From Octopus vulgaris (lineage: Eukaryota): a stretch of DNA of 64,000 bases. The position numbers were made by a program, and so were the translations under genes. Numbering within the stretch: position 1 is the stretch's first letter; each line of letters begins with the position of its first letter. The stretch lies in contig OX597823.1 of assembly GCA_951406725.2 (NCBI GenBank), positions 67,518,001 through 67,582,000 of the forward strand. Direction: 5' to 3'. Below, in pieces: positions 13,539 through 25,798 of this stretch. The notes under the pieces were generated by a model. It worked only from the letters and a program-made list of their open reading frames with translations. It was not told the DNA's origin and searched no databases.

Positions 13539-13644
13539 ATCACCTGAAGAAATGCAACTGGATCCCATTATACAGGTAAACTATTGCATAATCAAATTCC
13601 TGTATTTATGAAGAACTATGTTGTGTGGAAACATGCGTAGTGAT
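13539..13644 (+). ncRNA. Hammerhead-ribozyme motif in the 3' pLTR
   Basis: ATCAC-CTGAAGA-aatgcaac...gttgtgtg-GAAAC-atgc-GTA-GTGAT. Confidence 0.65.
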
Positions 13645-13721
13645 TAAAAAATAACTGTCTAACCATACTCCTTGTTCACTCTATCTTATTCAATATGTAT
13701 ATATATATATATATATATATA

Positions 13722-13920
13722 GTTAATCCAAACAAGAAAACACAAAAAAACACAACAATGTGAGGACGTGGAACAAATATAGTATTATTGGACACTCAGG
13801 AAAGAAGGAGGGTTTAACGTTTCGAGCGGAGCTCTTCGTCGGAAACATAGGAGAAGGAAAGATCCAGAGAAGGGAAGACAGAGGAAAAAAAATCGCCAAC
13901 GGTACACACGAGGTCACATA
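13722..13920 (-). mobile_element. About 200-bp Penelope-related terminal unit with minimal hammerhead motif, next to (TA)n
   Basis: Minus strand gttt-CCGACGA-a-GAGC-tcc-GCTC-GAAAC-GTT-aaac. Homologous copies at about 24835-25035(-) and 36941-37143(-), and in the 3' end of the 4060-5020 element. Confidence 0.7.
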
Positions 13921-14192
13921 CATACGCATACATTTATATATGTGTGTGTGTGTGTGTGTGTAGATATATACACACACACATATACATATAGAGACAGAGG
14001 GGGATGAGAGGGAGAGAGGGCGAAGGAAAATGAGACGAAATATATTAGTTAATGAGGATAGTGCAAAAAGACAAAACTGGAAATATATATATTCAGCAAC
14101 ACATGAAGGAAATGGAATGAGGTTTGAAACCGAATCATTAACGATTACTGGAAGGAGACAAAATAAACCATTATTTTTGACAGGTATTATTG

Positions 14193-14275
<83 letters not shown>

Positions 14276-15150
14276 AAGTGTAAACAGATGTCAAATGGTG
14301 TATTCAGTAGCATCTCATTATGGCAAAACAATAAAAGGGAACTGACAGATATAGAAAAGAAAAATATTAAAATTGTTAAGAGAAAAATTAATAAAATAAG
14401 AGAACTTGCTATGATCACCTAAAAACCATTGAAGGCAGTGCCCCAGCATGGACACAATTAAATAACAGAAGAGACTAGTGAATGAGTTAAAGAATACTTA
14501 ATACAAAAAGAAATGCACATTTTGTAGTCATATGGAATGCTAGCGTATAATATTAGTGAGTGCTCTCCCATAATCAAGCAGACTTTTTAGCATAGAGCAT
14601 CGCTGCAGTTAAATTTACTTAACTACAGGCTAAGACAAGAAGGGAGCCTCTTAAGTCAAGGCTCAACCTGCTAGAAATAGTAATGGAAATATCAAATCAG
14701 TCTCTAGCATTTTATGGGTAATCTAATTTAGAGTACATTATTCGTGAAGGTGCGTGGCTTAGTGGTTAGGGCATTCGGCTCATGATTGTAAGGTCATGAG
14801 TTCGATTCCCGGCGACACGTTGAGTCCTTGAGCAAGACACTTTATTTCATGTGGCTCCAGTTCACTCAGCTGGCAAAAATGAGTTGTACCTGTATTTCAA
14901 AGGGCTGGCCTTGTCACACTTTTTGTCACGCGGAATCTCCCTGAGAACTACATTAGGGGTACGCGTGTGTGTGGATTGCTCAGTCACTTGCACAATAATT
15001 TCATGAGCAGGCTGTTCCATTGATCATATCAGCTGGGACCCTCATTATCGTAACCGACAGAGTGCTCCACATTATGCATGAAAATAATATAAAAAGATGA
15101 GATGGTCACAGCTGGAACATTTCTGATCATGCACCTACTCAATTAGTTTA

Positions 15151-15533
15151 GTGGAGGCGCAATGGCCCAGTGGTTAGGGCAGCGGACTAGCGGTCGTAGG
15201 ATCGCGGTTTTGATTCCTAGACCGGGCATTGTGAGTGTTTATTGAGCAAAAACACCTAAAGCTCCACGAGCCTCCGGCAGGGGATGGTGGTGATCCCTGC
15301 TGTACTCTTTCACCACAACTTTCTCTCACTCTTACTTCCTGTTTCTGTTGTACCTGTATTTCAAAGGGCCGGCCTTGTCACTCTGTGTCACGCTGAATAT
15401 CCCCGAGAACTACGTTAAGGGTACACGTGTCTGTGGAGTGCTCAGCCACTTACACGTTAATTTCACGAGCAGGCTGTTCCGTTGATCGGATCAACCGGAA
15501 CCCTCGTCGTCGTAACCAACGGAGTGCTTCCAC
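15151..15533 (+). mobile_element. Young tRNA-derived SINE (third family)
   Basis: Head GGCGCAATGGCCCAGTGGTTAGGGCAGCGG..., perfect 14-bp TSD actcaattagttta, CpG-rich. Related copy at about 14745-15070; minus-strand relatives at about 8800-9045. Confidence 0.85.
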
Positions 15534-16049
15534 ACTCAATTAGTTTAAGTTTAGAGCCTTATAACAAAATGTTCAAATCTTACTGTCATTAGCTTTACAA
15601 TAAAACAAACAGATAGTTCAAACCATTTCTACATGTGTTTCAGTGGCATGGTTTATTACTAATATGAAGTACATAACATATCACATAAGACTACATAAAT
15701 CTGTATTGTCATGTAAGCTACTCATTTCCTCAAATGATACTCAGCCATCATCTGGCAAAATACAATTAATCTATAACAGGGGTCAGGGAGCATTTTTAAC
15801 CAATTACTCCAAAATATATTTATTCATGCTGACATTACCCCCTTGGTTTGAAAGGAAGAAAACATAGGTTCTTTGAATTCTTTGAATTCAAAAGGTTTAT
15901 TGGATCTATTTATATGGAGAATACAATTATAAATATAAAAATCATAAAACAAATGTGATAAAATAAATTAATATCCTCATTAGGATTTTTCTGGAAATTT
16001 TTTAACTTCAGGTTTTGGAGAAATGATGTTGCTTCATTTTTGTTACATT

Positions 16050-16665
16050 ATCATCATCGTTTAACGTCTGCTCTCCATGCTAGCATGGGTTGGACAATTT
16101 GACTGAGGCCTGGCGAACCAGATGGCTGCACCAAACTCCAGTCTTGATCTGGCAGAGTTTCTACAGCTGGATGTCCTTCCTAACGCCAACCACTCCAAGA
16201 GTGTAGTTTGTGCTTTTACGTACCACTGGCACGAGGGCCAGTCAGGCAGTACTGGCAAAGGCCACGCTCAAATGGTGTTTTTTACATGCCACCTGCACAG
16301 GAACCAGTTCAGTGGCACTGGCAACGACCTCACTCAAATGTTTTTTTATGTGCCAGTAAGGTGACACTGGTAACTATCACACTCGAATGGTGCTTTTTAC
16401 GTGCCACCAGCATGGAAGCCAGTTAGTCGCTCTAGCAAAGATCACGCTTGGATGGTGCTCTTAGTGCTCCACTAGCACGGATGCCAGTCATCGAAATTGA
16501 TTTCGATTTCACTTGCCTCAACAGGTCTTCGCAAGCAAAATTTAGTATCCAATGAAGGAAAGGTATGTATAAGTGGGCTGGTTACACCCCTGGCATAGGC
16601 CACGAGGTTATTGTCAGACTTGGCTTGCTGGGTCTTCTCAAGCACAGCATATTTCCAAAAGTCTC
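16050..16665 (-). mobile_element. RTE-related short retroelement/SINE with (GAT)n tail and internal about 60-bp tandem units
   Basis: catcatcatcgtttaacgtc...catgctagcatgggttgga end recurs at 17915, 21825, 27570, 36760 and 45280. Internal repeats of (t)ttttacgtgccac...ggc...ctggcaac. Confidence 0.7.
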
Positions 16666-17386
16666 ATCAAAATTGGGACATTTTGATGCCAATTTGGATT
16701 CAGTCTTCGGGGTCCAATCAATTACTCTGCTTTGTTTTTATGATCATTAGAGTGGACAATCATTGTTTGCAAAGGTGGGTGGTTGTAAAAAGCAGCAACT
16801 TTTTGATTGCCTCCTCATACCAGTAGAAAATTTTCTGTCATAACAAGGAACATATTTTGTTTATATAATTTTACTTATATCTAATGAGTCCTCGTTACCC
16901 CCAAGAATTTCATTTTTACCCTACTTAGGGCAATTCGCCCCAGTTCGCCAACCCCTGATCTATAAGGATGGAAGTGTTTATAAACAAACAGAATGAAACA
17001 AGGATTTTCAAAGTAGGATGGAGATATCAAAGCTTGCAACCAATCAAACAGCATGACTCCAAAATAACTAAACTAATATACAAGTATACCAGAAGAGGAG
17101 TGGTCAAATGATCATATTCTTTTCATTTGGAATTTACAGTCAAGTGAGCTGCTGGGAAATTAATGTTTAGTATTAAACAATACCACTATTTTCAAAGCAA
17201 GTTAACCAACCTTCAAACTGTCTGAGATTTCAAACATGGACAAGGCATACAATCCAATTGAATACACCCACGTAGCTAAACCTAATTGCCTTATACCAAT
17301 GTGAGGTATTGATATTCACTTTGTTGTTGCTGTTGCAGTTGCCGTTGTTGCTGCTGCTGCTGCTGTTGCTGTTGCTGTTGTTGTTG

Positions 17387-17421
<35 letters not shown>

Positions 17422-19110
17422 ATTGTTTTCTGTCAGATCTGGCTTGACTGAGAAGTCTTATGACCAAAAGTATTCTAGCCACAACAAACATTTCCCTCTC
17501 TCCAATACTGTATATGCAGCAGGAGTCCGCTTGGAATTGATCTGACAGCCTGTCTGTCTAGATATAGGTTTGAAGTTTATCCAACATTACCATATTTGGT
17601 AATGTTAGCAGATAAGCAAAATACATATTGCAGCCTATCACATCTTTTGGTGGCTGTGTTTGGGTGTCAGTCAAAACCAATCCCAGTTCCAGAATGCAAA
17701 CAGGTTTGGGAAGATCTGCCATTTCCAATATAAATAAGATTCAATTTTGAAACTTACTAAAGATTATAATTTCAGCAGAGGCCTTACCTTGAAGTCAGGC
17801 CATTACAAGATATTTTTTCACCTCTCTCTCTATCATTTGCTGTCATTCCGTCTCTCTCACATACACCTGAGAGACAGCAAATACTCAATTCAAATGTATC
17901 TCTTTGTTTCATATATCATCATCATCATCCTCATCATTGTTTAACATCCGTTTTCCATGCTAGCATGGGTTGAATGGTTCGACCAGGGTCTGGGAAGCCA
18001 GGAGGCTGCACCAGGCTCCAGTTTAATCTGGCAGAGTTTCTACAGCTGGATGCCTTTCCTAATGCCAACCACTCCGTGAGTGTAGTGGGTGCTTTTTACA
18101 TGCCAACAGCACAGGGGCCAGAGGAGGCTGGCAAACAGCCATGATCGGTTGATGATTTTACGTGTCACCGACACGGACACCAGTCAGATGGCGCTGGCAT
18201 CTTCCACATTTGGACGGTGCTTTTTACGTGTCACCGGCACAGGTATCTTAACTACAATTTCCATTTGATTTTTATTTTAATGTTGGTAATATCAAATATC
18301 ATAAAAAATAAATATCTAATATGTCTTATATTATTATACACAAAAGGGATAATATATTAAAACAAGCTTCTGCGACTAAAATTACAAGAATAAATATGTT
18401 GGTTTAAGGAACATCGTTAGCTTCTTCATCTTTCAAAGCAGCCTCCCGACATTTTTTTTTTTCAGCAACTTATATTCTGCAATATACTTGTCCATAATTA
18501 TGTAATCCAATGTCTCCTTCTTTCACTCTTTCTCTCTTCAGTATAGTCTAATGTAATTTGAGGGAGGTGTCACTGTTTCAGTATTATGTAATGGCTATAT
18601 GACTTAAAGATGGTAAAATTGGTAGAACTGCAAAACAATTTCTAAGGGTGATGAGATATTAGCACGCCAGACAGACTGCTTTGCAGCATTTCGTCTGTCT
18701 ATATGTCCTGAGTTCAAATTCAACCAAAGTCGACTTTGCCTGTCATTCTTTCAGGGTCGATAAAATAAGTACCAGTTGAACACTGGGGTCGATGTAATCG
18801 GCTTGCCTCCTCCCCTATCGACTTGACTGTCAGGTGTTGTTATACGCCGCTGGTCACAATGCGTTACCTAGTCCTGTTTTATAGCCATCGAATAACGCAC
18901 ATCGCTCGCTAGGCGGGCAGACCAAGATTCCCTGAAAACGGAACACCAGGCAAGGGTTTACCCATTTAGAGCTGAGTGGGCTGGAGTAACGTGAAATGAA
19001 TAGTTTTGCTCAAGAACACAACACACCACCGATCTGGGAATCAAAAATGCGATCGTGACATCGTGTACGCCACAGCCTAACCACTAGACCACACGCCTTC
19101 TAATACAAAA

Positions 19111-19149
<39 letters not shown>

Positions 19150-19804
19150 TACATATATATATATATACATATATATAACAAATATATGTGAGACAAAAAC
19201 GTCTTCAAGCACAAGGAAAATGCTAAGTATCTAGATGTGAAACAAAAATTAAATGTTAGAAAATAGTGATATCCAAAATCCAATTAAAATTCCATTTCAT
19301 GGGAGGTAATTCAGGATGTCATTCTTACGGACAGTACAGAGTTTCCTCCCTTACAATGTCCCTATAAATTTAGTTTGTTAGTATTGATGCGCCAAAATCC
19401 TAAAATCTATGTTTTAATTACAATTTGTTTGCTATTGCGAAATATAACCACTATTTTTCCACTACGTTTCTTTCATTAAATCTAGAGATAAGAGTTGCAA
19501 TTATAGTTGTCACGTTCATGTTTGTAAATAACAAAAACATAAGTGTATTTTTTCTTATTCTCTTTCACTAAGCTGTGTCTACTCTGAGCATATATTGTTA
19601 TCCACGGAAATTTCAAGACATACACAAACACTCACAGATATGTACAGACATACAGACAGATAGACGGACGGACGGACGGGCAGATGAATGGATGGATGTG
19701 ACTGTATCAATCAAACTGTTGGATGTGTTTATGTGATTAGGTATTGCTGGTTACAATACGCTTCCTCGCATTCGTGGACCCTTTGAATGATGCTACCCCA
19801 CTGG

Positions 19805-19881
<77 letters not shown>

Positions 19882-19926
19882 AAAATTTCTAAGTCTATCT
19901 AAAGGAGACTACGGCAGCAGTACTGG

Positions 19927-20026
19927 ATATTAATAGTTATCGCCAAGCTAACATGGTAGTCCATAAATATAAGACTAGTCTTATATTTATGGACTACCAT
20001 ATTAGCTTGGCGATAACTATTAATAT
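19927..20026. repeat. 100-bp loopless palindrome (one mismatch)
   Basis: atattaatagttatcgccaagctaacatggtagtccataaatataagact|agtcttatatttatggactaccatattagcttggcgataactattaatat. Confidence 0.95.
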
Positions 20027-20033
20027 ATATATA

Positions 20034-20160
20034 CTTTATTTACAAGCAGCAGAAATATAACAAAAGCTGTAACTCAGAGTTTCACATTCCTGTCCGACGA
20101 ATGGGAACATGAAACTCTGAGTTACAGCTTTTGTTATATTTCTGTTGCTTTTAAATAAAG
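20034..20160. repeat. Hairpin element with about 50-bp arms
   Basis: ctttatttacaagcagcagaaatataacaaaagctgtaactcagagtttca ... tgaaactctgagttacagcttttgttatatttctgttgcttttaaataaag. Confidence 0.9.
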
Positions 20161-20445
20161 CATATTACTCTACCTCTGGTATTTGAGTACTCTTTTTTCC
20201 AACTTGTTTCACATTTATGTGCTTACTTGGTATATATATATATATATATAATAATAAATATTAGGGAATAAATCCAAATTTACAAGGAAAAATCAGATTT
20301 AAGATTGAATCCAATTTTATAATAAAATATTATATTATAATAAATTAGAGACAAAACCACTATTATGCAAATCAAACAAAGAAAGACTTAAGCCAATACA
20401 TAAAATATAAAATAATTTATATAAATTAAAATTTAACAAATGAAT

Positions 20446-20497
20446 AACCACTACGATCGTTTCGTGTCAGCACATCTTAGACATTCTTCAGGTGGTT
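20446..20497 (-). ncRNA. Minimal type I hammerhead ribozyme (Penelope-type), sense to the EGFR-like pre-mRNA
   Basis: Minus strand AACCAC-CTGAAGA-aTGTC(taagatgtgct)GACAc-GAAAC-gatc-GTA-GTGGTT. It has a 6-bp stem I, an intact core and a palindromic stem III (ACGATCGT). Confidence 0.8.
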
Positions 20498-20531
20498 TCT
20501 AAACCTTCTTAGCGAGTTATAAACTTAGCGA

Positions 20532-20570
<39 letters not shown>

Positions 20571-20574
<4 letters not shown>

Positions 20575-21101
20575 ACATGGAGTTTAAACAACCGGTCATG
20601 GAGTAACCAATGGTTTCGCATCCATAAAGCATTCTGCTTTATAGACGATTTGCCAGACTCAGGCATATAGCCACTTTTCAAACTGGAAGTAGAAAACCGT
20701 TATGGTCAGTTAATTTGTAAACAAAAGAATATTCTATACTGTCTGAGCTCCTGTCCGCATTTTAGATGCTACCAGCTAAAGGCGTGGTATTCCTCGTTTG
20801 TCAATTAGGGTTGTAATAATTACTTGCAGACCGAAACCAACATAAGAACGGAGATTACTCCATAAGATTTTGCTGGCCGTACCGATCTAAGGGCGATAAA
20901 ACGTCCCGTTTAAGGATAAGACAGTATAGAATATTCTTTTGTTTACAAATTAACTGACCACAACGGTTTTCTACCTCCAGTTTAAAGAGAGGCTGTGTAC
21001 CGGCAGCTGATGGAGTCTGACAAGTTTATAAAGTCAAGTACTTTATGGATGCAAAACGATTGGTCACTCTATGACCGGACATACATTCAACTTCATGTAA
21101 A
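20571..21101. mobile_element. Foldback element with about 170-bp inverted arms, each carrying a decayed hammerhead motif (probable inverted Penelope pLTRs)
   Basis: Arms at 20571-20743 and about 20920-21101 are reverse complements (e.g. tggtcagttaatttgtaaacaaaagaatattctatactgtct / agacagtatagaatattcttttgtttacaaattaactgacca). The right arm reads gagt-CTGACAA...tttataaagt caagt actttatgga...AAAAC gattg GTC actc. Confidence 0.75.
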
Positions 21102-23269
21102 TATATTGCTGCTCTTTTAGAGTGTGCTTCTTTTTGGGATATATGGGATCCACGGATGATATATATGTGTGTGTGTGTACGTGCGTGCGTACGTACATGC
21201 ATGCATACATACCCTACACACACACACACATACACACATACATACATATATTGTTGGTGTCGGATTTCTCATTATTCGCCAACATTGTCCCCATATTCAG
21301 GCAAGCAGATACTGCCAAAATATGGATAACAGGACCCTTCGCGAGTTCATTAGATCTGCTAGAAATTGCACCGCAATCTCATTCAAATCAAACCCTTCAA
21401 CCTTAAATTGTCAAAGATTCAATGATATCTGTAATACACAGAAAAACACACAATGACCACGTCTGGAATGCTTTTATCCTGAGGCCTAACTCATTCAAGA
21501 CTGATTTCGGACTAAACTATAAGATATATTCTACAGCCACTCACTGTTGTATAAACAACATTGAAAAATTATTTCTGCCCTCAGACCAGAAATAAATAGC
21601 AGCTAATAATAATACTGTTCTTCTTACAGTAGGAATATATCTATGTATATGTATGTATGTATGTGTGTGATATAGTAAAAGATACTTGCCCAAGGTCTCA
21701 TGCAGAGGAATCATATCCAAAACTACCAAATTGCAAAGCAAACTTCTTAAACCATACACCCATGCTTGCAGCTCCACAACACCATGATTCCAATAATGAT
21801 TAGTAACATTGGCTACATATAAATCATCATCATCGTTTAACGTCCGCTTTCTATGCTAGCATGGGTTGGACGATTTGACTGAGGACTGGATGCCCTTCCT
21901 AACACCAACCACTCCAAGAGTGTAGTGGGTGCTTTTAATGTGCCACTGGCACGAGGGCCAATCTGGCGGTACTGGCAACGGCCATGCTTGAAAATGGTGT
22001 TTTTTACGTGTCACCTGCACAGGAGTCAGTCCAGCAGCACTGGCAACGACCTCGCTCGAATGTTTTGTTCACGTGCCAGTGAGGTGACGCTGACAACAAT
22101 CACGCTCAAATGGTGCTCTTTATGTGCCAGATAGCTGCTCTGGCAGCGATCTCGCTTGGATGGAGCCATTAGTGCTCCACTGGCATGGGTGCCAGTCATC
22201 GAATTTGGTTCAATTTCGATTTCACTTGCCCCAACAGGTCTTCACAAGCAGAGTTTAGTGTCCAGTGAAGGGAGGTTGGCATGGGTGCCAGTTGACGAAT
22301 TTGGTTTGATTTCGAATTCAATTTCAATTGGCTACATCCAAATGTTTTCAGAAGATTTTTGCTGGATGTGCAATGTGAAGGTGCATGTACAACAGAGTAT
22401 GAGTGTCTTGAGAGAAAGTTGGGCATAAGAGGCATCAGATGCGGTGTGCAAACGAGACAACTGAGCTGGTATGGTCATGTGATGTATATGGATGGGGACA
22501 GCAGTGTAAAGAAATACTGATCTCCAACTGTGGAGGGAACCAGTGGAAGAGGTAAACCCAAGAAGTCACAGGACAAAGCAGTGAAGCATGATCTTCAAAC
22601 AATGGGCTTCACAGAAGCAATGACAAATGGCCAAGACCTTTGACAACATGCCATGCTTTAGGAGACTCCTCAAGCCAAGTGAAATTATAGTCATGGCCGG
22701 TGCAGGTGCCACATAACTGACACATAAAAGCATCCATTACACTCTTGGAGTAGTTGGTGTTAGGAATGGTATCCAGCAGTAGAAACTATGCCAAATCAGA
22801 CTGGAACCTGGTACAGCTCTCCAACTTACCAGTTCCAGTCAAACCATGCTAGCATGGGAAGTGGACACTAAATGATGATTCACAGGAGATTCAAAGTAAC
22901 TGCAGTCTACGTGTCGTACTTATGTTCTTGATCCCAGAAGGAATTTCAGATGAAGTCAACCATCAACCGTACAAACATCAATTCAAAATAAATAAAAAGA
23001 TGATGTGACTAAATGATGTAGGGCAGGGGTGCCCCAACCACAAGGTCATGGACCAGTACTGGGGATGGAGTAGGGGAAAGGAGAGGGAGGGATAGTCGAG
23101 GAGAGATAGGGACAGAAGAAAGGGGGATGGGATGGAAGGAAGAGGGGAAGAAAAGAATATAAGAGGACAGCAAGATGAAAGTAGTAGTAGAATTATTATT
23201 ATTATTAGTAGTAGTAGTTGTAGTGGCAGTAGTAGAAGCAACAGTAGTAGTAGTCAGTGCCATACTTAC

Positions 23270-23472
23270 GACATGCAATTCTGTCTTTATTGTCTACAAT
23301 GACCGTCTTCTGTGTGGACGTTGAGAAAATGTGTGACATGTTCATTGTGTTGGCATAACACAAATTAGGGTTCTTGCGGATCATGACGTTGCCTTGGTAA
23401 ATATGCCGTAGAGAGTTCAGATTTAATGATTGTAATCCTTTGCAGAAAACTACAGCCAAAGCATATCCATTT
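23270..23472 (-). CDS. EGFR: EGFR-like exon, end of L2
   Basis: ttttatttAG ... C|GTAAGT, 203 nt, phase 2/1. Reads NGYALAVVFCKGLQSLNLNSLRHIYQGNVMIRKNPNLCYANTMNMSHIFSTSTQKTVIVDNKDRIAC (NxNLCYANT motif). Confidence 0.94.
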
Positions 23473-23864
23473 CTAAATAAAACAACAATAATAATAATAA
23501 TAATAATAATAATTAATCTTTTCTTTATTGGCCAAACACAAAAAAAGGACAATACAATAGCACAAAAATATGTGTATATGATAAAAACAAAAACAATTAA
23601 CAAAACAAATTCAGCAATAAAATTTTGCAAAAGAGGGTAGTTCCACTCAAGGCTAACCAAGGAACCCCACACATCTTAGTCATCCCAACTGCCAAGGGCA
23701 CCTCAGCAGGTACCTCCTCCCTTCTTAACCCCTCCAGATTACAAAAATAGGCCCATTCACACAGGCCGTCCTTGTCACACTCACCCACCTTTCAGCAAAA
23801 ATACTGGTTGTTGGGCAGCACTTCCTTCTCAAGTTACACTTCCCCTTTTCAAGTGAAAAAGTTG

Positions 23865-24323
23865 AGGGCCAAATCCAAGCTTCTCTGTTAGTTCTTCAAC
23901 AGTTACGATGGGATTTTGCTCAACCAGGGTTTGCAGGACATCCTCGTCGAGCTCTACAGATCTTCCAAGATGAGTTTCACTTTTTAGGCTGTAGTTTCCA
24001 GCTCAGAATTCCTGGAACCACTGTTGACACTGGCTTATGCTTATTGTCCGATCCCTATACACTGCATTAATATTCCTCACACTTTCCATTGCATTACTCT
24101 TTACTCTTTTACTCTTTTACTTGTTTCAGTCATTTGAATGTGGCCATGCTGGAGCACCACCCTTTTAGTCGAGAAAATCGACCCCAGGACTTATTCTTTG
24201 TAAGCCTAGTACTTATTCTATCGGTCTCTTTTGCCGAACCGCTAAGTTACGGGGATGTAAACACACGAGCATCGGTTGTCAAGCGATATTGGGGGGGACA
24301 AACACATACGCACAAACATATAC

Positions 24324-24355
<32 letters not shown>

Positions 24356-24745
24356 GCGATGGGCTTCTTTAAGTTTCCATCTACCAAATCCACTCACAAG
24401 GCTTTGGTTGGCCCGAGGCTATAGTAGAAGACACTTGCCCAGTGGGACTGAACCCGGAACCATGTGGTTGGTAAGCAAGCTACTTACCACACAGCCACTC
24501 CTACGCTTTGTTGCTTTTATTGAACTCATAAAGTAAAATATGCTTCTTTGCCACTTCCGTTATAGCTTTGAAAAATAACTGGTAAAATCAAACTACACTC
24601 TTCAAAACTTGCACTAAGAATAAGGAGAAGGTAAAATTACTACCTGATTTTATAGCAAGTTGATGCAGGTAGTTTATCCCATCTCCCTCCAACTTTTAAT
24701 TCATGCAATTGAAAAAAACGCATTTTTTATATGATGACCCAATAG
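23865..24745 (-). mobile_element. Mariner 5' relic (HTH region) interrupted by a SINE
   Basis: Minus translation INAVYRDRTISISQCQQWFQEF*AGNYSL...GRSVELDEDVLQTLVEQNPIVTVEEL. TIR-like end ...tgatgacccaaTA. Confidence 0.7.
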
Positions 24746-25038
24746 ATATGTATATACACACACACACGATACCAATATATGTGTGTATGTTTGTATATAT
24801 ATATATACACACACACATATATATATATATATATTTTAAAAATACAAGGAACAAACACAAAAAACAACAATGCAACTATGTGGTACATGTAAAGTATTAG
24901 CAGACACTCAGGAAAGGAAAAAAAGATGGTTTAATGTTTTGAGCAAAACTCTTCTTCAGAAACAGAGGAATGTTCAATAGAAAAGGAAGATGAAGGAAAA
25001 AAAAATCACCAACGATTCACATGTGGTTACATTTTGAA

Positions 25039-25084
<46 letters not shown>

Positions 25085-25452
25085 TATATAAACATATATG
25101 TATTATATATGTATATGTATACACACATATACAAATATAAACAGATGTGTATGTACTATATATGTGTATATGCATACACACACACATAATAAACAGATAT
25201 GTATGTATTATATATACGTATATGTATACACATACACACACACATATGAACACATAAGTATTATATCTATATATATATATATATATATATTAACATTTGT
25301 ATGTATGTATATATATATATCTATATATATATATATGCATACTTTAATAAATTCATTAATTTATGCATAATCAGTACTACATTTACAAGATTTTAAATGG
25401 AAGTTGTTTACTCATGCTATTTAGACAATGGTTATGATATATTGCTACTCAC

Positions 25453-25614
25453 AGTGTTTTCTGACCATTAATAATCTTCAGATTCCTTAACATACGGAGA
25501 CTTGTTATAGTCGGTACTGTATCCGAAATGTATAGGGAGTGGGTGATTTCTTCGATAGACATTAATATATCCAATTTGCTGGGACTCATTGGGGGTACAT
25601 TGTAGTATCTATCC
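25453..25614 (-). CDS. EGFR: EGFR-like exon, L2
   Basis: cactttcAG ... CT|GTGAGT, 162 nt, phase 2/2. Reads (G)DRYYNVPPMSPSKLDILMSIEEITHSLYISDTVPTITSLRMLRNLKIINGQKT. Confidence 0.93.
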
Positions 25615-25798
25615 CTGAAAGTGAAATAAACATAAGTAATACACAGCAATTTGAATGTAACTGTAAAGGAGGTTAAGTTAAACGTATACAGAATATGGAA
25701 CCTTTGGCTTTCAGAAATTAAGTTTTACTAAAAAAGCAGCTATTTTGTATGGGCAATCCTCTCACAGCTACAAGTTAAGATGTGTGAATTTATTATAA

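Larger units (their letters stand above)
9200..13690 (+). mobile_element. Near full-length degraded Penelope-like retroelement with direct terminal repeats (pLTRs), RT and GIY-YIG; interrupted by a SINE at about 11073-11497
   Basis: About 500-bp direct repeats at about 9200-9745 and 13150-13690. Broken ORF with NLDFSSKDIPIPTKDEYL...FIRRMRWKVFF, VPVDKTGNLY, FDITMGS, LYRDDAL, VNFLDATFNL...YEPYNK, and CTCCRKCTCPL...CVQENIVYKC...YKGASENQFKVLYHNH. Many stops and frameshifts. Confidence 0.9.

Noticed and set aside
15151-15230. tRNA gene
   Set aside because: The tRNA-like head continues into a SINE body flanked by a 14-bp TSD, so it is not a standalone tRNA. The same applies to the other SINE heads.
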